64,000 nt of DNA from NCBI RefSeq assembly GCF_006345805.1, contig NC_043021.1, positions 14,508,001-14,572,000 on the forward strand. Direction: 5' to 3'. Of the stretch, positions 13,901 through 28,500 are shown piece after piece; within the stretch, counting starts at the first letter, position 1, and the number at the start of each line of letters is the position of its first letter. A program made the position numbers and the translations under genes. The DNA comes from Octopus sinensis (taxonomy: Eukaryota). The notes beneath the pieces are model-generated. The model ran no database searches. It saw only the letters and a list, made by a program, of their open reading frames with translations, and was not told where the DNA came from.

Positions 13901-15976
13901 TCAGAGTGCCATATTTTTTCAACTTTACTCCTAGAGGCCGTAACCCTACATATACCATTTTGGAATCAGGCTGACTCTATGAGTAAATTAAAAAACATTC
14001 CGGGTCGAATCCAGACCTGCAACCCTCAAATTTTGGATTCCCAAGTTTTCATTATTGCAGTTGTTTTCAGCAATTTTTTTTACATGATTTTTTACAACAA
14101 ATTTTTTTTGTACAATAACAGTTTTCATAACTTGGAAATAAATTTTGGGAATAATTGAAATTGATAGCAAAATCAATGATTATTTTTGGCAATATTTTAC
14201 ATGATTTTTTGCGACAAATATGATCATCTTTGGAGAAAACAATTGCAACAAATTCTCCAAAACAAGTCAGAAATCTGTTTGAGATCTTCCCATTTGGGGT
14301 CAGTAGCTTAAAAGCTATACACTGGCTTAAAATACAAGATATACATTAGCATAAAAGGAGGCGATTTAGGTGACTATCTGCTGCCCATTAAAAATTGTTG
14401 GTCTTGTAATTAAATTAGAAGCAGTTAATTCTAATTGCCAAAGTCATCAGCCTTCAAAGTAATTTAACTAGAAGTCTTGTAAGACATTAACACTGTTGAG
14501 CAGTAGTTCTCAACTGTCGTCCATGTAGCCCCTGAGGGTCCATATAAGATTTTGTGGGGTCCACACAACAAAATAGTAAATTGAGGATTCACAATAGTAT
14601 TTTAAGGGCCCCTGAAAACAATTTTGCTTTCGATGTATGTATTGGTAATTATTGCAAGAAACAGCTGGGTTTCTTTTTCTAAGATTTTACATAGTTCAAC
14701 CTCCACAAGTTAATGCCCAACGTCCGAAGATCCTTTCTCCCCACTTTGTACCATGTCTTCCTGGGTTTATTCATAACTCCATGTCCCCCTACAAAATAGG
14801 AATTTGAAAGAAGTTTCTATAAAACTAGTTTTTAAGCATAAAATGGCTATGTGGGGGCTGGGGGCGTCCACCAGAATAAAATAGTAATTGAAGAGGTCTA
14901 TAGGTAAAAAATGACGGAGAACCCCTACTGTAAGTATTTCTGCTTCAGTGTACCGATTTTTACCTCACACTGATAACAACACACCTGTACACATACACAC
15001 ACACATGCATGTGTGTGTATATATATATGTGTGTGTGTGTGTATGTGTATCATCATTGTCATTGTTTTAACTAGTTAGTTAGTTAATTTTTTTGGCCTAA
15101 AAAGCAAGGCCATGTAGGGGGACATGGAGTTATGTGCAGGGTTGTGTTCATGTAAAGAGTTCAGGCCACTTGTGGTCAAGGGAGACTTTGAACCGAGCGG
15201 TCGTCGGCATCTTCACCATCTCGTCCGGCAGCTTATTCCACGGTTCCGCAACCCGGACGGAGAAAGCCCCTCTCCTTAATATCCACCTTTCCATGATTAC
15301 ATGGGTCACGTGATATTTTTGAGGCAGATTTTTCTTCTATGGCTGGATGCCCTTCCTGTCCCCAACCCTTACTTGCATCCATCATCATCATCGTTTAACG
15401 TCCGCTTTCCATGCTAGCATGGGTTGGACGGTTCAACTGGGGTCTGGGAAGCCCAAAGGCTGCACCAGGCCAGTTAGATCTGGCAGTGTTTCTACAGCTG
15501 GATGCCCTTCCTAACGCCAACCACTCCGTGAGTGTAGTGGGTGCTTTTTATGTGCCACTGACACAGGTGCCAGACGAGGCTGGCGAAATGGCCACGCTCG
15601 GATGGTGTTTTTCGTGCCACCGACACAGGTGCCAGACGAGGCTGGCGAACAGCCACGCTCGGATGGTGTTTTTTACGTGCCACCGGCACGGAGGCCAGGC
15701 GGGGCTGGCACGGCCACGATTGGATGGTGTTTGTTACGTGCCCACAGCACATCCAATCAAAGTAATATTTCCCCGTGGCTGGACAAGTTTATCTTTGAAG
15801 ATTGGAAAGAAACAACAACGCTTTTATTGGCGGTGATGTCCTGTTACGATCATCACATGATGTTAAGACAACGGTACACACAAACACATGCATACATGCA
15901 CACACACACACACAAGCGTGCACTGACACAAACATACACACACTCACAAACACACACACTCATTCTCACTCACACA

Positions 15977-16025
<49 letters not shown>

Positions 16026-16441
16026 TTCTCTTTTGCTCTCACACACACGCATAAATGATAGATTTCTGCACACAATCACATGCATGCATGCACACACAAA
16101 CACATACATGCATGGACAGACACACACACACAAACAAGCATGCACTCACTCAGACAAACATACACACACTCACAAACACACACACATTCTCACAGTCACA
16201 CAGACACAAACACTCTCTTTCGCTCTCACATGCATAAACGATAGATTTCTGCATACAAACACATGCATGCATACACACAGACACACACACACACACAACA
16301 CACACACACAAGCATGCACTCACTCACACAAACATACACACACTCTCAAACACACACACTCACACACACACACACACACAAACACTCTCTTTCGCTCTCA
16401 CATACATAAACGATAGATTTCTGCATACAAACACATGCATG

Positions 16442-16486
<45 letters not shown>

Positions 16487-19044
16487 AAGCACGAACTCAC
16501 TCACACTCACAAACACACACACACATTCTCACACTCACACATACACAAACACCCTCTTTCGTCCTCACACACACACACACATAAACGATAGATTTCTGCA
16601 TAGATTCCGTCAACTAAATTCTCCATACATACATGACAAAGTGTAAAAGATTTAAGAGGAAAACAAGGTATAAGAGGCATCGGATGTTGTGTGCAAGAGA
16701 GGAGACTGCACTGGTTTGGTCTTGTGATGCATATGGATGAAGACAGCTGCATAAAGATATCATCATCATCATTTAACGTCTGCTTTCCATGCTAGCATGG
16801 GTTGGACGATTTTGACTGAGGTCTGGCGAACCAGATGGCTGCACCAGACTCCAATCTGATCTGGCAGAGTTTCTATGGCTGGATGCCCTTCCTGACGCTA
16901 ACCACTCCGAGAGTGTAGTGGGTGCTTTTACGTGCCACCGGCACGAGGGCCAGTCAGGCAGAAACCATTCTTACCTACAAAGTTTAATGACCAATTCACC
17001 AATTTGGCACTTAAGGTTTAACGAGATTAAAAATCATATATTTTAATTTCCGTATGTCTTTTTGGCCTCTTGTCCATTTGGTTTTATGTCAGTTTGGCAT
17101 TCTGTCCAAGCTCTAATTGTGGAGGGGACCTGTGGAAGAATAAACCCAGGAAGACATGGTACAAAGTGGGGAGAAAGGATCTTCGGACGTTGGGCCTTAT
17201 TGAAGAAATGACAAGGAACCAGGTGATGTGGCAATTTGCCGTACTTGATAAGACATGTCAAGCTAAGTAAAATCGTTGTCTTCCATACAGGCTTGTCCTT
17301 CCAGGGGCCGGTGCCACACAAAAAGCAGCTGTGCTGGTGCTGCATAAACACACCCATGCTGTTGGCATGTAAAAGGCACCCAGGGCTCTCTGTAAAGGGG
17401 TTGTTATTAGGAAGAGCATCCAGCCATAGAAACCATGCCACAACAGACAATTGGAGTCTGGACCACTCCCAGCTGGCCAGCTTGATGTCAAACTGTCCAA
17501 CCTATGCCAGCATGGAAAATGGACATTAACCCTTTCATTTCCAACCTGGCTAAAACCGGCCCTGGCTCTGTAGTACAAATGTCTTGTTTTCATAAGTTTT
17601 GAATTAAAATCTTCCACCAAACCTTAGTCACAATTTATGTTCCTAACACTAGCTGAATGATAACGAAGTCATTTTACTAAATTCTTTGTTATATTTAAAG
17701 TAATTGAAAGAAACACAGAGCATCATCATCATCATCATCACTTAACGTCCGTTTTCTGCGCTAGCATGGGTTGGACGGTTCGACTGGGGTCTGGGGGGCC
17801 AGGGGCTGCTCCAGGCTCCAGGCTGATCTGGCAGTGTTTCTACAGCTGGATGCCCTTCCTAACGCCAACCACTCCGTTGTTACCATATTTTGTCAACAGA
17901 AATATGGTAACAAAAGGGTCAAGGCATTAACCCTTTCATTACCGACCCAGCTGAAACTGGTTCTGTCTCTGAGTACAAATGTCTTGTTTTCATAAGTTTT
18001 GAATTAAAATCTCCCACCAAACTTTAGTCACAATTTATGTTCCTAACACTAGCTGAATGATAATTAAGTCATTTTACTAAATTCTTTGTTATATTTAAAA
18101 TTAATTAAAAGAAACACAGAGCATCTCAACAGAAATATGGTAACAAAAGGGTCAAGGCATTAACCCTTTCATTACCGACCCAGCTGAAACTGGTTCTGGC
18201 TCTGAGTACAAATGTCTAATTTTCATAAGTTCTGAATTAAAATCTCCCACCAAACCTTAGTCACAATTTATGTTCCTAACACCAGCTGAATGATAACTAA
18301 GTTATTTTACTAAACTCTTTGTTATATTTAAAGTATTTGAAAGAAATACAGAGCATCTCAACAGAGATATGGTAATGAAATGGTTAAATGATGATACAAC
18401 TTTAACAGGAGGCATATTCCCCAAAGTGCTGTACAGTGGGATTGAACTTAGAACTACATGATTGTTAAGCAAACTTCTGAACCATTCAGCCACAGCCATA
18501 CCTCCATATCCACCATGGGACTCTGTTCATTTTGTTTTCATTTTTGAATCATCAAAATATTTCTGTGACAAGCATGCAACATGTCATCGCTGTCAAATAA
18601 TATTATTTATTTATTTATTTTTAAAATTCGTCAGGAGAACAAGGAAGGGATGAAGTCGGGGCAGTGTCCTTGATCTTTAAAGAAGGCCCTTACCCTCACC
18701 TTCCTTGGTTTGATTGACGTCCATTCTGAACAGGTAACGTGTGTAGGTGATAGCAGAACAGCTGTTGGGACTGAACTCGAAACCATGTGGCTGGGAAGCA
18801 AACTGCTTAACCACACAGCCATAACTGCCAAAATAATGCTACAAAATTTCTGGTATAGTCACAGCCGTAGCTGTGTGGTTAAGAAGCTTGCTTTCCAACC
18901 CTATGGTCTTCAGTTCAGTCCTAGTGTGTGGCACTTGGGGTGTTTTCTATTCTAGCCTGAGCCCAACCTAGGCATTGTGAGTGAATTTGGTAGACAGAAA
19001 CTATATATATATGTATGTGTGTGTGTGTGCGTGCGTGCGTATAC

Positions 19045-19106
<62 letters not shown>

Positions 19107-19469
19107 AGTGACTGTTTACTAAGTAGCTTGTTTACCAACCACATGGTTCCAGGTTCAGTCCCACTGCGTGGCACCTTGGGCAAGTGTCTTCTACTATAGC
19201 CTCGGGCTGATCAAGGCCTTGTAAGTGAATTTGGTAGACGGAAACTGAAAGAAGCCCGTCGTATATATGTATATATATGTGTGTGTTTGTCCCCCTAGCA
19301 TTGCTTGACAACCGATGCTGGTGTGTTTATGTCCCCGTAACTTAGCGGTTCGGCAAAAGAGATCGATAGAATAAGTACTGGGCTTACAAAGAATAAGTCC
19401 TGGGGTTGAATTGCTCGATTAAAGGCGGTGCTCCAGCATGGCCGCAGTCAAATGACTGAAACGAGTAAA

Positions 19470-19510
<41 letters not shown>

Positions 19511-22500
19511 ACAATATTAAGGAATGGCCTTGATAGGCCATTCGACTCACTAGAAAGAGCAGCTAAACTCAAACCGCTAAATAGTTTTAATTCAGAAACC
19601 AAAGGAAAATAAAAGCATTTACCCGTATCATCTTTGGACTATGCATAGTTTCGACATACATATTGGCAAACTGATTTAATTAAATTAAATTAAATCTATT
19701 TGCCACTGGCCTGTCTCGTCAGCAAAGAAGCCAGGGAAATATATATCCACGAGGCGACAGCATCAACGCCTCGAGAATATATATTCTAAATTTTCAAAAT
19801 CTACCATCCCCGCGCCAAATTCTCCGCAGCAAATATAAACTGCTGATTTAATATCAGAATTAGCCAAAAAAAAATTAATTAATCAATATCAGGGTAGCAA
19901 AAAATTCAAAATCTGTGTGTGTGAATGTGTTTATGATTGTGTTGTGTTTGTTCCCTACCACAGCTTTGCAACCAGTGTTAGTTTGTTTACATCCCCATAA
20001 TTTGGATATATATATAGCCACCTCATTATTACTGTTTTTAACAGTAATAATACTTTACATATTTACTTTTTTATTGTTTACGACAGTTTCTTTTTAAACG
20101 GAGCTGGGACGTTTAAAGTTAGAAACACACATGAGTTGACATAATGAATATTTTAGAAATAGATGTTAAATACTATCTGCAACTGAGGATTGCGAAGCAT
20201 GTTTCTCATGCACAGCATGAAATCACTACCAGTCAAGTAGTGGGGTCAATGTAATCAATTGTCCTCCTACCCACCAAATTGCTGGCCTTGTGCCAAAATT
20301 TGAAACCATTATTATTATATCTGTACATCAATGAAATCAGATAAATCATTCAATGCTGGAAAAAGTAATGTTTCAAAAGGTCCCTGAATAAGGTTTTTTT
20401 TAAAGATGTATATATACATATATACATACATATACATACATACATATATATGTGTGTGTTTATATATATATATATATATATGAATGTATGTATGCTTGTA
20501 TATATGTAGGTGAGATAATAGTTTCAGTATTAATAGTGAAACTATTAAAACTGAAAGTATTACCTCACATTACAATAGAGATGTTATTGTTTCACTTTTG
20601 ACACTTAATACTGAAATAGTGAAAGAGACAAGAGATTGCTCCGGGCTCACATTTGGCAAGAAGTATAAAAGTTTTTGGGTCCATGACACCACATGGACCC
20701 AAAGTAAGGCATGTGTACAATTTGAATGAAATCGGTTGGGTAGTTCTCGAGTTTTAGTGATGCACACATACAGACAGACACACATTCTCAGTTTTATATA
20801 TATAGATAAATGAAACACCTATCTTTCCATAGGTGAATTATTCAAACTTAAAGAATTACGCTCAACACATGGCTACATGGCTATGATGCTCTCCCACTAC
20901 TCCTGCTTGTGATCAAAGATGCACATATCATCATTCGCTGTGCTCGACTGGTTAAAATCAAACAACTGATAAGCAAATCTGTGGTTTAGAACAAAAATGT
21001 TTCTGCGTTTGTTCGTTTTGGCAATGAAGTTTTTCAGGAGGATGTTCAAAGCATTTTTATTGCCCCTGACAAAAGTTTTAGGGGTGCATTTGACACTAGT
21101 GCATTCCCTGTTCCCAAGCCAACAAGAGAAAGTGAGAGAGATTTTGTATATGTGTGTGTAAAAGAGAGAGCTATTTGCATGAAAGTTTGTGTACATAAGG
21201 AAAAGAGTGGGTGTGTGTATACATGTTGAGAGAGAGAGATAGTGTGTTTGTGTGTGTGAGAGAGAGAGAGAGAGACAGATAGTGTGTGTGAGAGAGGGGG
21301 AAAGAAAGGCAGAGAGAAATAGATATAGACACTTCATGTGTAAAAGAGAGCATATATATGAGTATGTGACAGTGTGTGTGTATGTGTGTGCTTATGCATG
21401 TGTAAAAGAGAGAGAGAAAGGGTGTTTGTGTGTGTGTAAGAGAGAGAATATGGACAATACATGTGTAAAAGAAAGAGAGAAAGGGTGTTTGTGTGTGTGT
21501 AAGAGAGAGAATATGGACAATACATGTGTAAAAGAAAGAGAGAAAGGGTGTTTGTGTGTGTGTAAGAGAGAGAATATGGACAATACATGTGTAAAAGAAA
21601 GAGAGAAAGGGTGTTTGTGTGTGTGTGTAAGAGAGAGAATATGGACAATACATGTGTAAAAGAAAGAGAGAAAGGGTGTTTGTGTGTGTGTAAGAGAGAG
21701 AGAATATGGACAATACATGTGTAAAAGAAAGAGAGAAAGGGTGTTTGTGTGTGTGTAAGAGAGAGAATATGGACAATACATGTGTAAAAGAAAGAGAGAA
21801 AGGGTGTTTGTGTGTGTGTAAGAGAGAGAATATGGACAATACATGTGTAAAAGAAAGAGAGAAAGGGTGTTTGTGTGTGTGTAAGAGAGAGAATATGGAC
21901 AATACATGTGTAAAAGAAAGAGAGAAAGGGTGTTTGTGTGTGTGTAAGAGAGAGAATATAGACAATACATGTGTAAAAGAAAGAGAGAAAGGGTGTTGGT
22001 GTGTGTGTGTGTATGAGTAAGAAAGAGAATGCCTAGAAACGACATCGATGGTCACCAACGGTTAATAATAATTTGTGCAATAAATAATAACAATATTGTT
22101 TTGATGTTAATATCAGGTGACAGCAATCTCAAGTGAAACCCTTTGTCAATAATAAGCAGAGCTGCACAGCTTTGTCACAAACATGCAGAGAACAACATCT
22201 GTTTAAGTTTAACCATTCATTATAGATTTTAGACGGCTTAATCAAGAGGAAGTGCTGTAAACATGACTCCGTTGCAGGGTTACACAGTCTGCTGGTATTG
22301 GTGGTGGTGGTGGTGGTGATAATGGCAGGGTATGTAAAAGCAGTATTACCTGCAGGGTTAATCCCAAGGTACTGCTGGTACCCATTTACAGCTGAGTAGA
22401 CTGTGGCAATGTGAAATGAAGTGCCTTGCTCAAGAGACACAACACACTACTTGGCCTGAGAATTGAACTCACAACCTAATAATGGTACAAAGAGAAGTCA

Positions 22501-24190
22501 AAAATTATCCGCACTTTCACCATTACATATCTTTATTAATGTCACATTGCCTTCTGTGCATTCGTGCTTATAATTGGTATTAGTGTGATCATGTGATCAA
22601 AGCCACGAGAGCCAGTACCTGGTATTGCATCAGGGCATATCTTTATTTATAAAAGTGAAGTTGTGTGTCTGTCTCCTACGATTTAGATTCCTAACTACTC
22701 CCACATTTTGCGGTGCAGTGTAACCAAAAGCGGGTATCTTATAGTCGTGATTCATATCGAGCCCTTCTGGGTATTAGTGCGCGTCTACGATGAGTCTACA
22801 ATTTAAAAAAAAATTTACCATCATTTTTTTCCATTTTTAATGCATTTTTTTGCTATTATATAAGGGAAGTAACTCTCTAAAAATGTATTATTAAATCTCA
22901 GGACGTAAAAAGCTACAGTAACACCCCCCATTTGTGGTTAGCCATATTGAGATGGCTATTATACTTTACATCTCTAAAATGCTTATATAGTTATTTCCCT
23001 TACAAACCTGAGCAACGCCGGGCGATACTGCTAGTTATTATTATTATTCTATGTTTGACTTTTGCTTTACATTTGCACAAGCTGGCTCCAAGTCTCACGC
23101 AGAGACCTCAAGAGACAACAAGTTGGAAGTTCATGTTGGTGTTATGCCTAGCGTGCCATATATTTGGTTTTGTACTTAGTGTTGTACTAGTGAATGCCTA
23201 AAAAACCATACGAAAATTATGTTTGTTTTAAAATTGAGATTACAAAGAAAGTATTTTGCGTAGAATATGAGCAGTTCCCATGAGCACTATCTTTTGAATT
23301 TCTGCCATTTTGGGGTTTCCTGGTATCTGAGTTAGGTAGCAATCAGCCCCTTTTGCTATCATCCCCAGGGCACCTATGACAAGAGGTATTGTTTTAGTCT
23401 TATTATTATTATTATTATTATTATTCAGCACTGGGGTCGATGTAATTGCTGGTCTTATGCCAAATTTTGAAATCATTATTACCTCTGTCAAGGAAGGTGG
23501 TTAGGTTTTTATTGGTATTGGTTTGTCTGTCTGTGTGCAAAATAACTCAAAAAGTTGTGAATGGTATTTGATGAAACTTGCAGGAAAAGTTGGTAATGAC
23601 ACAAAGAACAGATGATGAAATTTTGGTAGTAATCCGGGAATTTTTATGGATTCTTGAAGGATTTTTCATGTGTTATATTTACTTTTCATGAAATAGTTAC
23701 GTTCTTTGATTATCTCCCTTGAAAACACGTTCATCGTTTCCAGTTAACCTATGGTGGCGTTGCTATTTCCAAAGTTTATTTTCGTTTCTCTATTAGTAAT
23801 TTTACTTGCGTATCTCTCTTAAAATTAGCTGCTTGGCGGAAGTCTGCGGAGGATGACATGACAAGCCTTGACTATTGGGATCGACTCAAAGAGCTCAGGC
23901 TTTGCTCCCTCCACCGCCGCTGTGAGCTCCATATCATCTGTATGATGAGGGAAATATTCCATCAACATTACCCATCTTTAAAATTCATCCGAGGCCTATA
24001 ATGAATTAAATACCAGTGAAACACTATTGTTTATCTAATCAACTATCCTCCTCCCCCAAAAAATTTCAGGCCTTGTGCCTATAGTAGAAAGGATTATTTT
24101 CATCACCACCACCACCACCACCACCATCATCATCACCATCATCACCATCATCATCATCACCATCATCATCATCACCATCACCATCATCAC

Positions 24191-24244
<54 letters not shown>

Positions 24245-24882
24245 CATCATTATTATACCTGTATTTGTTTTGATATTAAGGTTGAGAAACATCAATGCCG
24301 TTCATAAAAAAAGCTTTGGACCTGGGTTCACTCGCCATTTGCAAATATTGTTCCTTACACTGTCCTTTTCACAAACATGCTCTCTTCCCATCTTTCTCTT
24401 ACATCTGCATTCTCTTATACACTAACTCTCATTCATACATCCACACTATCTGTCTGTCTGTCTGTCTCTCTCTCTCAGGCCTACATAGTCCTATACACAC
24501 AAACTCAATCATACACACACACACACTCTTTCTTTCCCTCACTTTCCTTCTCTCTCTCATGCACACACATATACATTCTTTCTCATACACAAACTTTCCT
24601 ACAAAATACACACACATTCACAGAATTCTTCATTCTCTTTCAGATACGCACATGCTGTCTTCCCAGCTCCCTCACACACCTCTCCAATCCATACACACAC
24701 ACACACACACACACACATACACACACACACACACTCTCATACAAACATACACATTATCTCATTTTTTTTTTTACACATACGCATACACTTACTTTCCCCA
24801 TCTTTCTTTCTCTCTCACTCTGGCTTTCACAGATTCTGAGGCTGTAAACAATACTTCCATCTTCCTCTCCCTCTCAATCTCT

Positions 24883-24914
<32 letters not shown>

Positions 24915-25291
24915 TGTATCTCTCTGCCACTCTTTCACTTACACACACTCTTTCTTTCCATCACTTTCCTTCTCCCTCTCATGCACACACATATACATTC
25001 TTTCTCATACACAAACTTTCCTACAAAATACACACACATTCACAGAATTCTTCATTCTCTTTCAGATACGCACATGCTGTCTTCCCAGCTCCCTCACACA
25101 CCTCTCCAATCCATACACACACACACACACACTCTCATACAAACATACACATTATCTCATTTTTTTTTTACACATACGCATACACTTACTTTCCCCATCT
25201 TTCTTTCTCTCTCACTCTGGCTTTCACAGATTCAGAGGCTGTAAACGATACTTCCATCTTCCTCTATCTCTCCCTCTCAATCTCTCCCTCC

Positions 25292-25365
<74 letters not shown>

Positions 25366-25477
25366 ACCACACACACACACACCACACACACACATACACA
25401 CACCACACACACACACCATACACACACACATACACACAACACACACACACACACAACACACACACATACAACACACA

Positions 25478-25544
<67 letters not shown>

Positions 25545-28500
25545 ACATACACACACCCTCTCTCTTTCATCATCATCATCATCATCATCATTTAAAATCT
25601 GTTTTCCATGCTGACTTGGGTTGGGCAGTTTGACCAGGGCTGGCAAGCAAGGGAACTGCTCCAGTCTGGTTTGACTTCGTTTCTATGGCTGGATGCTCTT
25701 CCTGATGCCAACCACTCCAAGAGTGTAGTGGATGCCTTTTACACGTCTTATTTTTATAATGTGCTTTTACTGCACTACTGAGCGCAGCTTTGTGAGCTTC
25801 GCTTTCTTGTGGTGCTCTTACTTTCGCTGTATTGAAAGTGTTTTACGTAGGAAGTGTACGGTGCCTAGTAGTGCCCTGCACACATCCTACGTAAGACACT
25901 TTCAATACAGTAAAAATATTATTATTATTGAGTGAGAGAACAGTAAATGCCATCAAAGTGACACTGGGGTAAAATATACGAAGCCCAGTATACCCATCAT
26001 TACTACCCGTCTGATAAGGGTACACTATGCACATGCATCACAACCATATGTGCACGACATAGCGATCTTATATCAAGATAAACAGCGCATGACCTTGCAG
26101 GTGGGGCCCAGTTAGAATTGTTCTTCTGGTCGAGTAACCCATCCCGCTGAAAAGGTCCCTGAATAAGGGTTGTTTAAGGATGTTGAACAAAACACCCATG
26201 TTTCCAGAGGTGAATTATTCAAACCCCAAAGAATCCCTCTCAACACATGGCTGCGATCTTCCCCCACTACTTCTGCTCGTGATCAGAGATGCACATATCG
26301 TCAGCCACTAAGGGACATGCTCAACTGGTTACGGTCCAACAACTGACAAGCAAATTTGTGGTATTGAGCAGAATATTTGCTGTGGCCCATCTTTTATACC
26401 AAGACAAAACAATGTACATGATAACACTTCCAATCAGTTAAGATCAGAAGCCACAAGAGCCACTTATTATTATTAATATTATTATTATTATTATTTTTTT
26501 TTTCTTTTTCGTAACAGGTGATAGTTTCCAGTGAACCAAGTAAAACTCCACAAGTTGAGGGACCCCCTGAATCTGCTGAATCACCACCAATGTCACCAGG
26601 GATACCAACAGACCGAAAGAACTACAGAGAAATCGATGTGACCCCACCGGTAGCTATCCGGGCCTTGAGAAGGAATCGCAAGCGAAAGCCATTGGAGACC
26701 TCCCCTCAGGTAAAATTTCAGACAATCTATGGGTAATTATTACAAAAGTAAGTGGTCTGTTTTGGTCCCTGGGTTTCAAACAGCTGGAACTCTGCTTTGA
26801 TTTGAAACAGCTGCTTCATAGCTAGAGTTATTTAATTGTTGTGAGAAGCTATTTTAATTATCTATTCTTTTTACGATTTATAACTCCTGTTTTACAGTCA
26901 CTGAACTGTAGCCATGCTGGAGCACTACCATTAAGAGGTGTTTAGTTGATCATAGCTGCAGCAATCTCACTGCTTATATTAGTCTGGTCCTTTTTTTCAT
27001 CAAATTTTATTCATTAAATTGTTTCTTTTTTTTCTTTTTGTGTCTTGCAAGTACTTGGTGACCCTGTCAGTGCAGGTGCCACTGAAAAGCACCCAGTCCA
27101 CACTGTAAAGTGGTTGGTGTTCGGAAGGGCATCCAGCTGTAAAAATCTTGCCAAAACAGTCAGAGAAGTCTGGTGCAGGCTTCTACTTCGCCGGCTCTTG
27201 TCAAACCGTCCCACCCATGTTAGCAAGGAAGGTAAATGTTAAATGATGATGATGATGATGATGATTTAATTATCATCAGTCATTGCCACCACAAACACAA
27301 CCACCAAGCACCAAAGAGCAACCCACAATTTGGTCACTCGTGTCTGCAAGAAACAGCAGCTAAATGTTTCTCAAATCACATGCATAACTCATCATCATCT
27401 TTGCTATCGTTTAATGTCCACTGTCCATGGGTTGGACGATTTGACTGAGGGCTGGCAAACCAGAAGACTAAACTAGGCTCCAATCTGATCTGGCAAAGTT
27501 TCTACAGTTGGGTGCCCTTCCTAATGCCAACCATTCCGAAAGTGTAGTGGCTGCTTTTTACATGCCACTAGCACGAGGGCCAGTCAGGTGGTACTGGCAT
27601 GAAAAAAAAGGATAATATTGAATAATGTAGTAAGGTGGTGAACTGGTAGAATTATTAGCACGCTGGGCCAACAATTTGTCTTTACATTCTGAGTTCAAAT
27701 TCTGCTGAGGTCAACTTTGCCTTTCATCGTTTCAGGGTTGATAAAATAGGTACCAGTTAAAGACGGCGAGCTAGCAGAAACGTTAGCACGCCGGGCGAAA
27801 TGCCTAGCGGTATTTCGTCTGTCGCTACGTTCTGAGTTCAAATTCCGCCACGGTCGACTTTGCCTTTCATCCTTTCGGGGTCGATTAAATAAGTACCAGT
27901 TACGTACTGGGGTTGATATAATCGACTTAATCTGTTTATCTGTCATTGTTTGTCCTCTCTGTGTTTAGCCCCGTGTGGGCAGTAAAGAAATAGGTACCAG
28001 TTATGCACTGGGGCCAATGCAATCGATTTACCTCCTTCTGCAAAATTGCTGGCCTTGTGCCAAAATTTGAAACCAATATTGGCTAATGTAGTAAGGCAGC
28101 AAACTTGACAGAATTGTTAGCATGCTGGGAAAGACGCTTAGTGGCATTTCATCTGTCTTTACGTTCTGACCCAATTTGCTGACTTTTCCGATGGCATACA
28201 GGTGTTGATGACTGGTTGACTGACCAAATCCAAGCTTCTCTGCTAGTTCCTCAACAGTTATGATGGGATTTTGTTCCGCCAGGATTTGCAGGACGTCTTT
28301 GTCGAGCTCTACAGATCTTCCAGGATGTGGCTCATCTTCTAGGCTGCAGTTTTTGACTCTGAATTTCTAGAACCACTGTTGACACTGGCATACACTTATC
28401 GTCTGCTCCCCATGTACTGCATTGATATTCCCTATGCTTTCCGTTGTGTTCTTGCCTTTATTGAACTCAGAAAGCAAAATATGCAGAATATGCTCTTTTC

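Noticed and set aside
20182-20230. CTGAGGA..hairpin..GAAA on the + strand
   Set aside because: No stem I or stem III partner and no NUH site
21397-22012. CRISPR-like regular spacing
   Set aside because: The units are identical throughout with no unique spacers, and the context is eukaryotic
22117-22330. Exon-like unique sequence after tatcAG with a later gtatgt donor
   Set aside because: Stop codons in all frames from the plausible acceptors
21171-25646. Long ORFs of 100-440 aa rich in H, T, S, C and V
   Set aside because: Translations of micro- and minisatellites; the same applies near 15.8-16.4, 35.4-36.0 and 57.4-59.0 kb
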